This document shows, piece by piece, positions 12,279-26,949 of a stretch of 64,000 nt of DNA. Under the pieces are notes generated by a model. It was not told the origin of the DNA. It saw only the letters and a list, made by a program, of their open reading frames with translations, and ran no database searches. Source of the DNA: Octopus vulgaris (taxonomy: Eukaryota); NCBI GenBank assembly GCA_951406725.2, contig OX597831.1:19406001-19470000 (forward strand), given 5' to 3'. Position 1 is the first letter of the stretch. The number at the start of each line of letters is the position of its first letter. A program made the position numbers and the translations under genes.

Positions 12279-15200
12279 TCACATCGACAATGCTCTTCTC
12301 AATACGTGTGATGTACCAGTTAAGACAATCTTTTGCACTTCTTGCAGGGATGGTAAGCCAGGGATCATTCTCATATAATTTTCGGTTCCCTTCTTGATCA
12401 TTCCTAGTGCTCCTACGATCACTGGTATTGTAACCGCCTTGAGATGCCACATTTTCTCAATTTCAATGAGTAGGTCTTTATATTTTCTGAGCTTGTCAAA
12501 CTCTTTCGCTGAGATATTATGATCACAGGGGATGCTCATGTCGATCAATAAGCAAACTTTATTGTTTTGGTCTTTCACAACAATATCTGGTTTATTGGCC
12601 TTTGATGGTTCGGTCTGTATGTACTGGAAAGTCCCACAGAATCTTTACATTTTCTCCTTCAGTTACAGCCTCAGGGTGGTGATTATACCACTTGTCGGCA
12701 GTTTTGATATTGTAATGCCGACTTATTAGCCAGTGGAGATATTGGCCAACTCTGTCATGTCTTAATTTATACTCCACTGGTGCTAAGACTTTACATCCAG
12801 AGATTAGGTGGTCCACTGTTTCAATCATGTCGTTGCAGAATCGGCATTTTGGGTCTGCTCCATTTTTCATTACATTGGCCTGGTAGTTCCGGGTTAATAG
12901 GATTTGATCTTGAGCAGCCAGGATGAAACCTTCGCTCTCTGCTTTTAGCCCTGAGCTCCGTAGCCACTGATGGGTTTGCTTCTGGTCAACATCAGCTTGT
13001 TTGCTGCGGGTCACATATTTGCCGTGCAGAGGTTTCTCCTCCCACCTATCAGCCAATTGCTCGTGCGCTTTTTCATTGCCATCATTTTCACCTTCTTTGC
13101 AACAATAGTTGCCGTACTTCCCTCGGGTTGTTCAGTTTGGGTATCCTGCACGAGATCAATAGCAAATTTTTTGCTTTCCTTTATGATAGAATGAAGCTTC
13201 TTTCGTCTCTCGTGATTTTCCACGAGCTTTAGCATCCAGTCATTCGATATTTCGAGATATTTGGCCAGTCCAATTGTGGTTGTTTTGTAAGCTAGTTCAA
13301 ATTGGATCAGGCCTCGACCTCCTTGGGCTCTGGGAAGGTAAAGGCGATCTACGTCTGCCTTTGGGTGGTGCATCCTATTACAACTCAGCAGCTTGCGTAT
13401 TTTTCCTATCTATATTCTTTACTTCACTCATATTCCAGTTCAACACATTGTAGCTATAAGTAACAACTGGAACTGCTAAGGAATTTATAGCTAACACCTT
13501 GTTACGTGCATTTAGTTCAGATTTCAGGACTGCATGAACTCTCCTATAACATTCCTTCCTGATCTTCTCTTTCATGCTTGCATGCTGAATACCAGAGCCT
13601 TCATTTATCCCTAAATATTTGTATGTTTGTTCTTGCTCAAGCTCTCTTATGACTGTGTCAACATCTAACACGACTGAATTTGTGGTCTTCACTTTCCCTT
13701 TCTGGAAAGTGGCCTTGGCACACTTCTCAAGTCCAAACTCCATCCCGATGTCATCGCTGAATGCTTTCACGGTGCGCAATAGGCCTTCAAGTTCATTATT
13801 GTCTTTACCATAAAGTTTTAAGTCATCCATATAAAATAGATGGCTTATTTTTTTATTGGCAATTTTATACCCATACCCTGTTCTGTTTAATTCACTTGTA
13901 AGGGGTATTAGGGCTATGCAGAATATTAAAGGTGAAAGTGAGTCACCTTGAAAAATTCCACAGTTGATGTTTATATTTTCTGAGGCAAGTACTCCATTAG
14001 AGTGGTATAATTGGAGATTCGTATTCCACAACGACATATTGTGCTTCAGGAAGTTTGAAATCACAGGGGAAATTTTGAAGATGTCCAGCGATCTCAAGAT
14101 CCATGGATGCGGTATACTGTCGAAGGCCTTTTTATAGTCAATCCATGCGGTGCTGAGATTTCTGCGCTTGTTGTGACAGTTCTCAAGGATCATACGATTG
14201 ATTAGCAGTTGATCTTTGCATCCGTAAGAGCCTCGGCGGCACCCTTTTTGTTCAATGGGGAAAATATCGTTCTTCTCCATGAATGCATATGTTTTCTCCG
14301 CCAGGATAGATGTTAGGATTTTATACGTGGTGGATAGACAGGTTATAGGCCGATAGTTTTTTGGAAGGTTGGTTTCGTTATTCTTTGGGAGTAGGTAAGT
14401 AATACCACTTGCTAACCATTCAGGTGTTTTCTTTGGGTCTCTCATAATTCCATTGAGCAGCTGAACTAGCTTACCGTGTGCGCATGGGAGCGATGCGAGC
14501 CAGAAATTCGGCACCCTATCTTTACCGGGGGATTTCCAATTATGGGCCTTCGTGAGTGCCTTTCTTAGGTCTGCTATTGTGATGTCTTCCCATGCTTGTT
14601 GTTGTAAATTTTGGTAGGATCCTTCAGTTTGTATAATCCAGTCTGCATTTATGTTGTACGTCTTCTTGTCACTCCAAATCCTTTTCCAAAAGTTTTGAAC
14701 TTCTTCCATGGGAGGGGGGTCTTTAACGGTTACTTTCTCCTTCCCTATTTCTCTGTAGAATTTTTTGGCATTGGATGTGAACAGCTTATTTTGCTTGTAA
14801 AACTTGTTTCTCTTCTCAAATCTTCGTATTCTTTGGGCTTTTGCTTGGACTTTTGTTTCAGCGTTTCTTTTATTGATATCAGTTCTTCTCTTGGTGAGGA
14901 TCCAAATTTTCTCTTCATCTTTCTTCCTGTTCTGGATCTTACATCATTTCCACATATTAGTTCATTTAATATTGATATTTCCCCTCTCATAAATTCAATC
15001 TCTTTTTCAATTTTACTTCTCCAGGTTTGATTTCTTCCCAGGTTTTGTTTTCTTTGTTTTTTCGGGGGCATACAGCTGGTTTCAATTGCCCTAGCAGAAG
15101 CGTAAATAATTTCATTTAACTCAGTAAAATCAGGTTTTAATTCTCGTATTATTTCATTTGTTACATAGTTGCCAATTTGGATTTGTTTTTTATTTTGGTT

Positions 15201-16091
15201 TGTATTTGAGAGTTTATGAAGTGGTTCTCTATCATTCATACTTGTATGTCTTACAACTTCAAGCGTATTCAGGATTTTCTGCCTAATTTCTACCATAGAC
15301 TCTCTGTGTTCTTCAGCAAATGCGAGATCTTCAGTTACTGTTGTTTTTTCGTTTCCCTGGCTATCTTTAACAGGTACAACTTCAAGCGTATTCAGGATTT
15401 TCTTCCTCATTTCTGCCATAGACTCTCTGTGTTCTTCAGCAAATGCGAGATCTTCAGTTACTGTTGTTTTTTCGTTTTCCTGGCTATCTTTAACAGGTAC
15501 AATAGAATTTCTTGTATCTTCAGGCCTTTGCGTACTTTGGTCAGATGGCAGTCTTTCAATTAAGCCTCGTGGCGGGCTATACTGTTCATCTGATTCTTCA
15601 TTTCCTTTGTGTCTTATATTTATGTCATTTTCCGTTGCGTGCTTGATCGCGCTTATTTCACTGTCTGTGAGTCTGTTATTTCTAAGGATATCCCTCCTCA
15701 CATTTGCTAATTTGTTCTCGCCCAAATAGGGCCTACTGTCTTGATTCCATGTTCTCCATATACTGTAAGAGTTTGCAGTGTGTCTCTCTTGAGATGGCCT
15801 ACCTAATGCATAGTAATAAGCGTATATTACTTCTTTATACTCTTCTCGGGTCCATTTGTTCCGCTTACATTTTTCTTTCTGTGGTGGTTGTGGTGGTGAA
15901 CTTGGAGGGCTCGAGTTGGGGGATTTCCCGTTCAAGTGACCATCCATGTCCGTATTCGGAGAAGAGTTTGTGCCAGTTGATGACTTTTCGATCCCAGGCT
16001 GGCTCTTCCCTGGGGGACGCGCTTCCAGATTAACCATAGGACAAGCGATTTGGTATACTAATTTAGTTTTCCTTTTAGTTTCCAAAAACAT
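12279..16091 (-). pseudogene. Single long ORF (Myb-like/RT/CCHC/restriction-like endonuclease) broken by about four frameshifts
   Basis: Track ORFs 14745-16091, 13378-14709 ([35 protein letters not shown]), 13011-13373, 12592-13056 (CRFC..ETVDHLISGC, RHDRV) and 12279-12578 (LIDMSIP..K..KY) are collinear. Confidence 0.92.
15252..15501 (-). repeat. In-frame 123-bp (41-aa) tandem duplication in the family A N-terminal region
   Basis: ACAACTTCAAGCG at 15253 and 15376; peptide VPVKDSQ(E/G)NEKTTVTEDLAFAEEHRESM...ILNTLEV occurs twice. Confidence 0.95.
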
Positions 16092-16656
16092 TTTGGTGCT
16101 ACGATAATATTATCATTTTTTAGCTTTGATTGGCTCGTGGGGAGACGGCCATCATTGCCGTTACAATTATAATCGTACCATTACAGCAGCCGTAGTCGGC
16201 TTATTATTGTTATTATCATCACCATTATTATCACTATCATCATTATCACCACCATTACCATCATCATCATCATCATTATCACCATCACCATCACTACCAT
16301 CATCATCAATGATATTGTTTTATGTGTAGTCACAGCAGTATCTTATTATTGTTATTTTTGTTTTTTTATCATTATCACCATCACAGTAGTGTCTGTCTGT
16401 CTCGTTGGCTGGCTTGGTGGTTGGCTGGCTGAGTGACTTCAACACCAGAGTTCTTGCCTGTCAAATAATACTTTCTTTGTGTTGGTTGAACTCTTTGAGT
16501 ATGTGTGTGTGTAGATAGATAAGTTTCTTTGTGTAGATAGATAGATAGATTATCAGCACTATTACTATCATTATTATCATCATCACCACCATCACCATCA
16601 GTGATATTGTTTTTTTTGGGGTTTTTTAGGTGGGGTCCTATCGGTCAAAATTATTA

Positions 16657-16688
<32 letters not shown>

Positions 16689-16691
<3 letters not shown>

Positions 16692-19043
16692 TAGTTTTAT
16701 TTTTATTTTTATAGCGTGCTTTCACTTCACTACCGAGCGCAGCTCTGTGTGCCTTGGGTATGTGCTGTGATTTGTTGTGATGCTCTGATGGTTATTGTAT
16801 GGAAAGTGTTCTGCGTAGGATGTGGGCAGTGCCTAGTAGTGCAATTTTCTGTATGTTATATGTGTTTGTAAGTCCTGGTGTTTTTGTTATGTATTTGTCT
16901 GAATATTTTTTTATCATGCCTAATGCACCTACTATGATAGGAATTGTTTCTGTTTTCAGATTCCACATTCTAGTTACCTCTATTTCCAGGTCTTTGTATT
17001 TTGAGAGTTTCTCCATTTCTTTTAGAGACACGTTGTCATCTGCCGGTATTGATACATCAATTAAAAGCATTTTTTTCTTCATGATCTCTGACAACTATAT
17101 CTGGTCTGTTGGCCTTAATTTCTCTATCTGTGTGTATCGGCATATCCCAGAGTATGGTTGCTTTCTCGTTTTCTGTGACCTTTTCTGGTGTGTGCCTATA
17201 CCATATTTTTTCTGTTGTTATTCCATAATGTTGGCATAGCTTCCAATGTATGTAGGTTCCAACTCTGTCATGTCTGTGAATATATTCCTTCTTAGCCAGG
17301 ACTGGGCAGCTAGAGATAATATGATTTATTGTTTCTTGTCCATCTCCACATATTCTGCAGTTACTTGTAATATTTCTTTTCATTACATGTTTTTGGTAAT
17401 TTCTGGTGGGGAGGCTTTGGTCTTGTGCTGCAATTAAAAATCCCTCTGTTTCTGCTTTGAGTCCTGAGCTTCTCAACCATTGCTGGGATTTTTCTTTGTC
17501 TATTTCTTTTGCGTTTAGTTTAGTGCAGTATTTACCATGAAGGGGCTTTTCTTGCCATCGTTTTATCATGGTTCGTTGCTGTTCTGTTTTTAGTTTGGAT
17601 TTCATTTGTTTTATAGCTTTTGTTGTTTCTTCATCTTCTTCTTCTTCTTCTTCTTCTTCTTCATGTTTATTAGGTGGTATGATTTCTTGTTTGTATTTGT
17701 CAGCTTCCTTAAATACTGAGAACAGTTTTTTGTTTTGCTCGTGTTTTGCCGCTATCTGGATCAGTTTTCCTTCCTTCTGAAGTAGATATTTTTGCAGTCC
17801 TATGGTGGTTATTTTATAGTAGTTTTCCAGCTGTATAAGGCCTCTACCACCTTCCATACGTTGTATATATAGTCTTTCTATGTCAGATTTTGGGTGATGC
17901 ATCCTAGATCCTGTCATTATTTTTCTTGTTTTCCTATCTATTTTGGTCAGTTCATTTCGTGTCCAGTTAAGGATATTGTAGCTGTAACTTATAACTGGGA
18001 CAGCTAAAGTGTTGATACCTATTATCTTGTTTTTAGCATTGAGCTCTGTGTTTAGTATTGATCTAACTCGTCTATAATATTCTTTTTTTATTTTCTCTTT
18101 CATTTGTGTGTGTTGTGTCTTATCTAGTTCATGGATTCCTAAGTATTTGTAAGTTTGGCTTTGGTCTAATTCTTTTATTTCATTGGTTTTATCTAGTGTG
18201 ATGTTGTTACTCTTAACTAGTTTTCCTCTTTTCATGGTTACTTTGGCGCATTTTTCTAATCCAAATTTCATATCTATTTCTTTGGTAAATCCATGAAGTG
18301 TCTTTAATAGTGTTTCCAGCTGTTTGTCATTTGCAGCGTATAGTTTTAGGTCATCCATATATAAAAGGTGGCTGATCGTTTTGCCGTAACATTTATATCC
18401 GCATCCAGTTCTATTTAGCATATCAGATAGAGGTGACAGTGCCAAGCAGAAAAGGAGTGGAGAGAGCGTGTCTCCCTGGAATATTCCTCTTCTAATGGGG
18501 ATGTCTTTGGTTTTCATGAGTCCCTCTTTTGTTTGGAGGTGTAGGACTGTTTGCCATTTATTCATAGAGTGCTCTATGAATTTTATGATTGTTGGTGCTA
18601 CTTTGTTAATGGCTAGTGTTTCGAGGATCCATGTGTGGGGGATGCTATCAAACGCCTTTTTGTAGTCAATCCAGGCCATACTGAGGCCTTTCTTCTTTCT
18701 GTGGCTGTCTTCAGTTATGGCTTTATTAATCATTAGTTGATCTTTACAGCCATATGAGCCTTTGCGGCATCCTTTCTGCTCTTCTGGGAACAGTTTGTTT
18801 TCGTCCAGGTGCTTGTTCAGCCTTTGTGATATCACTGCAGTAAATGCCTTGAACATAGTAGGGAGGCAGGTTATTGGTCTATAGTTTTCTGGTTTTTCTG
18901 TTTCATTTGATTTGGGAATTAAGATGGTTTTCCCCTTCGTGAGCCATTCAGGCATTGTCTCTGGCTCTGCTAGTACGTTGTTAAAGTTTTCAGCCAGCTT
19001 TTTGTGCATTCCTGTTAGATATTTCAACCAGAAGTTGGGGATC
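16689..19043 (-). mobile_element. 5'-truncated R4/Dong-like RLE retrotransposon (family B): 656-aa RT-CCHC ORF plus frameshifted RLE tail
   Basis: ORF 17057-19027 (YMDDLKL, CRIC..ETINHIISSC, RHDRV, RPDIVV) and 16792-17094 (LIDVSIP, KLSKYKDL). Both ends abut (TAA)n. Confidence 0.92.
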
Positions 19044-19398
<355 letters not shown>

Positions 19399-19402
19399 CA
19401 TC

Positions 19403-19477
<75 letters not shown>

Positions 19478-19478
<1 letters not shown>

Positions 19479-21696
19479 TATGTTTGACTTTTGCTTTATG
19501 TCTGTACAAGTTGGCTCCAAGTCTCACCCAGAGACCTCAAGAGACAATAGGTTGGAAGTTCACGTTGTTGTTATGCCTAGTGTGCCATATAATCGGGGCT
19601 TTTTTGGTGCTGTACTAATGAATGTCTAATAAATAAATTTTTTTTTTTAATGTTTGTTTTAAACCTTGGGATTACATAGAGAGTATTTTGCGTATGATAT
19701 GAGCAGTTCCCATGAGCACTATCTTTTGAATTTCTGCCAAGTTGGGGTTTCCTGGTATCTGAGTTAGGTAGCTATCAGCCCCTTTCGCTATCATTCCCAG
19801 GGCACCTATGACAACAGGTATTGTTTTCGTCTTCAGCTTCCACATTTTGCTGATTTCTATTTCAAGATCTTTATATTTGCTCAGTTTTTCGTAGGTCTTG
19901 ACAGATACGTTTATATCGATTGGGACAGTCTTATCGATGAGGAGGCATGTTCTTTTTCTGAAGTCTTTCAATATGATGTCTGGCCTATTTGTATCTATCT
20001 TTCTGTCAGTTTGAATGGTGAAGTTCCAGAGGAGTGAGATGTGGTCATTTTCAAGCACTGGAGGTGGATTGTGTTCCCACCAGTTTTTTTCATGGGGCAA
20101 ATCCAGGTTTTTGCAGATTACCCAGTGAATATATTGTGCAGCTCTATCATGCCTGTTGAGGTACTCTGTAGGCGCTAGAAGACTGCATTTGGAGACAACA
20201 TGATCAATGTTTTCATTTTGTTGTCGGCATACACGACATGTTGGGCTACTGCCGTTCTTTAATATGTTGGCCTGGTAGTTTCTTGTTGGTAGGCATTGAT
20301 CTTGAGATGCTATGATAAACCCCTCTGTTTCAGATTTTAAGCCAGAGGCCATTAGCCATTGGTGGGTCAGGGCTTTGTCGATATCTGCATTATTCGCTCT
20401 CTTTGGGTATTTGCCATAGAGAGGTTTTTCTTGCCGTTTATTATTCAGAATATCTATGGCCGCAGTTTTGGCACGGGTTTTCATGCGCATAGCTTTTTCT
20501 GTGCTTTTTTTTGTATATCTATCTCTATTTCCGAAATTGGTTGTATTCGGAATTCACTTAGATATTCCTTTGCCTGTTTTGTGACTGAGTATGATGCTTT
20601 CTTTTTTTCATGTTTTGAGACAAGTTTTCACATCCAGTCCTCAGAGTTTTTCAGGTAGATGTCTTGGCCAATTGTAGCAATATTCATTGTTATTGCCAGT
20701 TGCAAAAGACCACGGCCTCCCTCTTTTCTTGGCAGATAAAGTCGTTCTGTATCTGCCTTAGGGTGGTGCATTCTATGCATTGTCAACAGTTTCCTTATTT
20801 TTCTGTCGAGCTGACATATTTCAGTAATTGACTAGCTAACAATATTGAAACTGTAAGTCATGACTGGTATGGCTAATGCATTGATCGCTTCGATCCTGTT
20901 TCTCGCATTCAGCTCTGTCTTGAGTATTGCTCTCACTCTTCGATAGCATTCTCTTCTGATCCTTTCCTTCATCTCTGAATGCCTTATTCCGTTCCCTTCA
21001 ATTACCCCTAGGTACTTGTAGCTCTCCGCTGGGCCTAGTTCTTTTATGACATTCTGCTGGTCAAGGTTAACGTTAGATGTTTCTGTCATTTTTCCTTTGA
21101 TAAAGGTAGCTTTTGCACATTTATCGAGGCCGAATTGCATTCTGATGTCGTCACTGAATTGTTTGACTATCTCTAGTAAGCCCTTGAGTTGTTGGTCATT
21201 TTTTGCAAAAAGCTTTAAATCATCCATGTAAATGAGATGATTTATATTTTTATCAAATATTTTATACCCGTACTGCGCGTCATTGAGCAGCTTTGAGAGA
21301 AGTATTAAGGATAAACAAAAGAGGAGTGGTGACAGTGAGTCACCCTGGAAAATGCCACACGAAATGTTAACATCACCAGCATTTAAGGATTCATTGTCAC
21401 TGTTCAGAGTTAGTGTGGTTCTCCATGATCTCATACTTACAGTCAAGAAGTTTCGCACAGTAGGTGCTATCTTATACATTTCCAGGCATTTCCTAATCCA
21501 GCTATGTGGTAGGCTATCAAAAGCCTTTTTATAGTCTATCCAGGCTATTGATAAGTTTTTGTGTCGTTTGTGACAATCTTCTAAGATCATCTTATTGATG
21601 AGTAGTCGACCTTTACAACCGTAGGACCCGCGTTTACATCCTTTCTGTTCATTAGGGAATATGCTGATGTCTGTTAAAAAACTATAGGTATATTCC
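19478..21696 (-). mobile_element. 5'-truncated R4/Dong-like RLE retrotransposon (family C), with a stop and frameshifts
   Basis: ORFs 20832-21590 ([17 protein letters not shown]) and 19672-20490 (CRVC..ENIDHVVSKC, RHD, RPDIIL). 3' UTR differs from families A and B; (TAA)n on both sides. Confidence 0.9.
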
Positions 21697-21719
21697 TATT
21701 ATTATTATTTATTATTATT

Positions 21720-22151
21720 CAGTAGTTTTATTTTTATAGCGTGCTTTCACTTCACTACCGAGCACAGCTCTGTGTGCCTTGGGTATGTGCTGTGATTTGT
21801 TGTGATGCTCTGATGGTTATTGTATGGAAAGTGTTCTGCGTAGGATGTGTGCAGTGCCTAGTAGTGCAATTTTCTGTATGTTATATGTGTTTGTAAGTCC
21901 TGGTGTGTTTGTTATGTATTTGTCTGAATATTTTTTTTATCATGCCTAATGAACCTACTATGATAGGAATTGTTTCTGTTTTCAGATTCCACATTCTAGT
22001 TACCTCTATTTCCAGGTCTTTGTATTTTGAGAGTTTCTCCATTTCTTTTAGAGACACGTTGTCATCTGCCGGTATTGATACATCAATTAGAAAGCATTTT
22101 TTTCTTCATGATCTCTGACAACTATATCTGGTCTGTTGGCCTTAATTTCTC
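21720..22151 (-). mobile_element. Family B 3' fragment (~430 bp)
   Basis: Near-identical to 16689-17125; flanked by short (TAA)n. Confidence 0.9.
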
Positions 22152-23635
22152 ATTATTATTATTATTATTATTTACTGTTGCTGTTGAGTGAAAGTCAAAT
22201 GCATTGTCCAAGTATTCGTCATGATGGACATGATATTGTTACTTACATGAGCGAATATAAGGTTTCATACAACGACAATGTAGTTTCATTTAGGTTGAAC
22301 GAATACGTACAGCATAACCTTGCTGAGAATTGGATCTAAACTGAGAACGGCGTTTGTACGCCAGTCAGTCTATCATCTAGTGTGGTGAATGCAGGTATGG
22401 CTGAGTGGTTAAGCAGTTTGTTTCGCCGCTACCACATTGCTATTTCGCATTGGCAGCAATCCATGACAAGGGGGAAGTCCTCGTTCCATTTACTCTATAA
22501 CCAGAGCAAACAAAGCTTTCATAGCGAATAAAGTAGACACAAAGTGTGCAAAGGCCTTTGAAATAGATTATGTCTCTAATTCAAATGTCCATCGTTATCA
22601 TTTATTTGGTGGTACAGGTCTTTTGAATGATCAAACACATACTTGTTATTAGATTGTCACACAAATTAATTCAGTTTTTTTCCAACGCTATTTGAATTAA
22701 CAAGAACAATATTTGTGTCGCACTGCTTCAGAGAACACTTAATTCCTCTACAATTTCTGTTTGTTGATTTTGACATTTGAATAAATTTGACTTTTTAAAG
22801 ACATAAGACGATAGAGTGCCAAGTGGAGAAAATGGGCATTTTTGATACCTGTCTCTCTTCGCTTTCAACCAATGTTCCACAGCTGTTAAAGCCGCCGGAG
22901 ACATTAGTAATGTGTACGGAGAAGGAGGCATTACTGGTAAAATTGCACATACATGCGCTTCTCGCTTCAAGGATGGAAGGAAGATGTGACCTTACTGTCG
23001 ACCTGTCCACTTCATTTAAGGAGCAATCATTTAAGGTGGCCAATCATGGAAATTTTGTCCAAGGATCCAAGAGTTGTTGAAAAGTGTTGATTTTCATAAA
23101 TTTGTAAAAGGACTTCATCAATAAACCACCTCTGATACGTCACCTGCTTTCCAAGTCTTATTTTAACTCAGTTTATGCCAAATGTTATGTTTTTGGACCA
23201 AAATATCCAATACAGAAATTCGACCCCAGACAGATTTGTTGAAAATTTAGAGGAATTTTCATAAATTTCTAACATACTTGTATCAAAACCTTTCAAATTA
23301 GCCCTCACTTCCTGTCCAAGTGTCTTTTTTTTAAAAAAAAAAAGATATGTCGGATTTTGTCCTTTCCGACCATAATGCCCAAATATGGTAATTCGGTCCT
23401 AGTCACCCAGAATTTTCAGAAATCTTAGAGTTTCAGAAATTTCCAGAGTCTTCACTCTCTCTCTATTATCTGAATATCTGCTCACCTGGATTCCTCTTAT
23501 AGCCATTTTATACCACGCAGATTTGATTAAATTTGGTTAGATTTGGTCCTCGTTAAAAGTTTCGGATTAGAAGTTCAAATTATTTGAGTGGTACTAAGTG
23601 TTCTCTATGAGAATATCTGGATCTCATTTGTTGCC

Positions 23636-23678
<43 letters not shown>

Positions 23679-23695
23679 ATGTGTGTGTGTGTTGC

Positions 23696-23742
<47 letters not shown>

Positions 23743-23892
23743 TGTATATATACATACTTATATATATATATATGTATATATACCTATATACATATATGTA
23801 TGTTATATATGTACATATATACATACATATATATATATCATATATATACACATATACATAAATATATATACATACATACACAATGATATAAA

Positions 23893-24150
23893 GTGATTCC
23901 CATACGGAGGATCCTGGAAATTCGAACTCCCCACTTTGTAATTAAAAGCTACACCAGCCAACGAACTGGGCGGCACTGCGTAATTCCAGAGATCCTGTCA
24001 TCTACATCATGGATAAGGACCCAGTACTGTAATAGGTTGTGTTTCAGGGGACCACGATTGTTTAACAACCAACCAAACAATGTTAGAGATTTACGAGGTA
24101 TACATGTGAAGCACAAAGCACAGCAACTCTGGCCTAACTCTCTTCTTCAT
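23893..24150 (+). pseudogene. CR1/L2-like LINE 3' fragment
   Basis: RTGRHC...FRGPRLFNNQPNNVRDL resembles the CR1-group C-terminal motif (..RLFN.LP..). Confidence 0.5.
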
Positions 24151-24789
24151 CAAACGCTTTACAGAAAGGACACCCGAACACACCGAAAGTCGACAGACTA
24201 GAATGGCTCCAGTCTTTCGCTGAAGCCAGTGACAGATAAAACGTAAAACATATCTAGTTGTTGAGTGCATCGTATTTTAATTCTACTAAACTGCTTATGG
24301 AAATTTTACTTAACCACAAGCTACTGCCGCTGCAAATTCTCATCCCTGTATGTCCCTTTCTAACGTTTTTACCATAACCTTTCCTGCGTCTACAAAGTAA
24401 ATAACAGCAAACCACACTCGATTACTAGTTCTCATCTACTGCGAGAATATCCTATAGTGTTTCATTCAAACAATTTTTTGATTGAACATTTCTAAAATAA
24501 TTCTTCTAAAAACCAGCAAATTCCCGTCATTCCGTTATATTTACCAGCGAGCATGAACCAACTGCACATGATACAGAAAGTGAAGCATTAAGAACGCTCC
24601 AGTCTCTCAAAGGCTGCATATATTAAGAACAAAGTTCCATTCTCCTCTGTTAAACTGTTGAAACAAATTCCAACAAAACTGACAACCTGTTGTGAGTGCT
24701 GAACGGTTCCACGTATAAAATATAATTATGTAGCTATTTGTATATCTCTGAAGTAATTCACACACTTGCATATCCCTCTGCCTACGTAC

Positions 24790-25882
<1,093 letters not shown>

Positions 25883-26949
25883 CATAAATATTGGTGTGTT
25901 TGTACTATTGTCTTCATTCAATGATATCGTCTGAAATTTGTAAAATTAACACAGAAGTCAAAAACGGATAACTTGATGCATATATTGTTTGTTGGAGTTG
26001 TGTTCAATATCGGAAAATAATGCTTTTCTTTAAATTTGAAAACTAGAGACGTGGAGGAGCGTTGTTGGTAATCACATATTCGATTTAGTTCTGCAATGTT
26101 AGCGGTTATGGTCTGGCTTCGCTTTAGTGTGTTTCGAAACTTATTGACGGATGTAAATGTTATTCTAACGCTAATGCTTTCCAAAACTGCATAACACATC
26201 ATGTTATTATGAACAGCCATTATTTATTATCGTCTGATAGCATAGTTGTCATTATGAGTGCAACATAATAGTACAGCAACCACTTCAGATCGAACAGGAT
26301 ACATGCCAACCGAGATGGGTGCTGACTCTCCATCAATTATATGTAAGTTTTATGTCGATATCATCAAGTATAGGTTGGCATATCGCTGACAGCAGATAAA
26401 CTATTTGATATTTAAAATCTGATAGACAAAGCAATTTATTCCATTTTATGATAGAACTAGTATTTTAAAGGGAAATTTGCCGTAACATTCTAGTTTATAT
26501 TTCAACATCTTGTGCTGCGCCACAATGAAATTTTATAGCAATATATTATGTTCCAATTATGTCTGTCTATATACGTATAAGAATAACAGTATATTAATAT
26601 CTGTGTGTATGTATGTATATAATTATATATATATATATATGCATATATATACATACATACATACATATATATATACATACATATATATATATGTGTGTGT
26701 GTGTGTATGTGTATTTGTCATTGCGCTTGATAACCGGTGTTGTGTTAGTTTCCTTCCCTGTAAGTTAGCAATTCATTAAAAGCATTGAAATACAGTCAAG
26801 TACTGTGGTCAATTTGTTCGGTTGAATCCTTCAAGGTGGTACTTGAGCATGGCCGCAGTCCAGATACTAAAGGACGTAAAAATAAAGACAGTCAGATAGA
26901 TAAGCAAACAGGCAGAAACACAGATAGACTGAGGAAATAACCACATGAG

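Larger units (their letters stand above)
12100..16650 (-). mobile_element. Near full-length R4/Dong-like RLE non-LTR retrotransposon (family A), flanked by (TAA)n
   Basis: N-terminal Myb-like KWTREE..YYY, RT domain, CCHC knuckle and RLE. The 3' end abuts (TAA)n at ~12040-12099; the presumed 5' end abuts (TAA)n at 16651-16688. 5' UTR boundary is inferred. Confidence 0.9.

Noticed and set aside
22728-23100. Possible pogo/Tigger transposase relic (minus strand, NVSGGFNSCG)
   Set aside because: Too degenerate to assign by eye.
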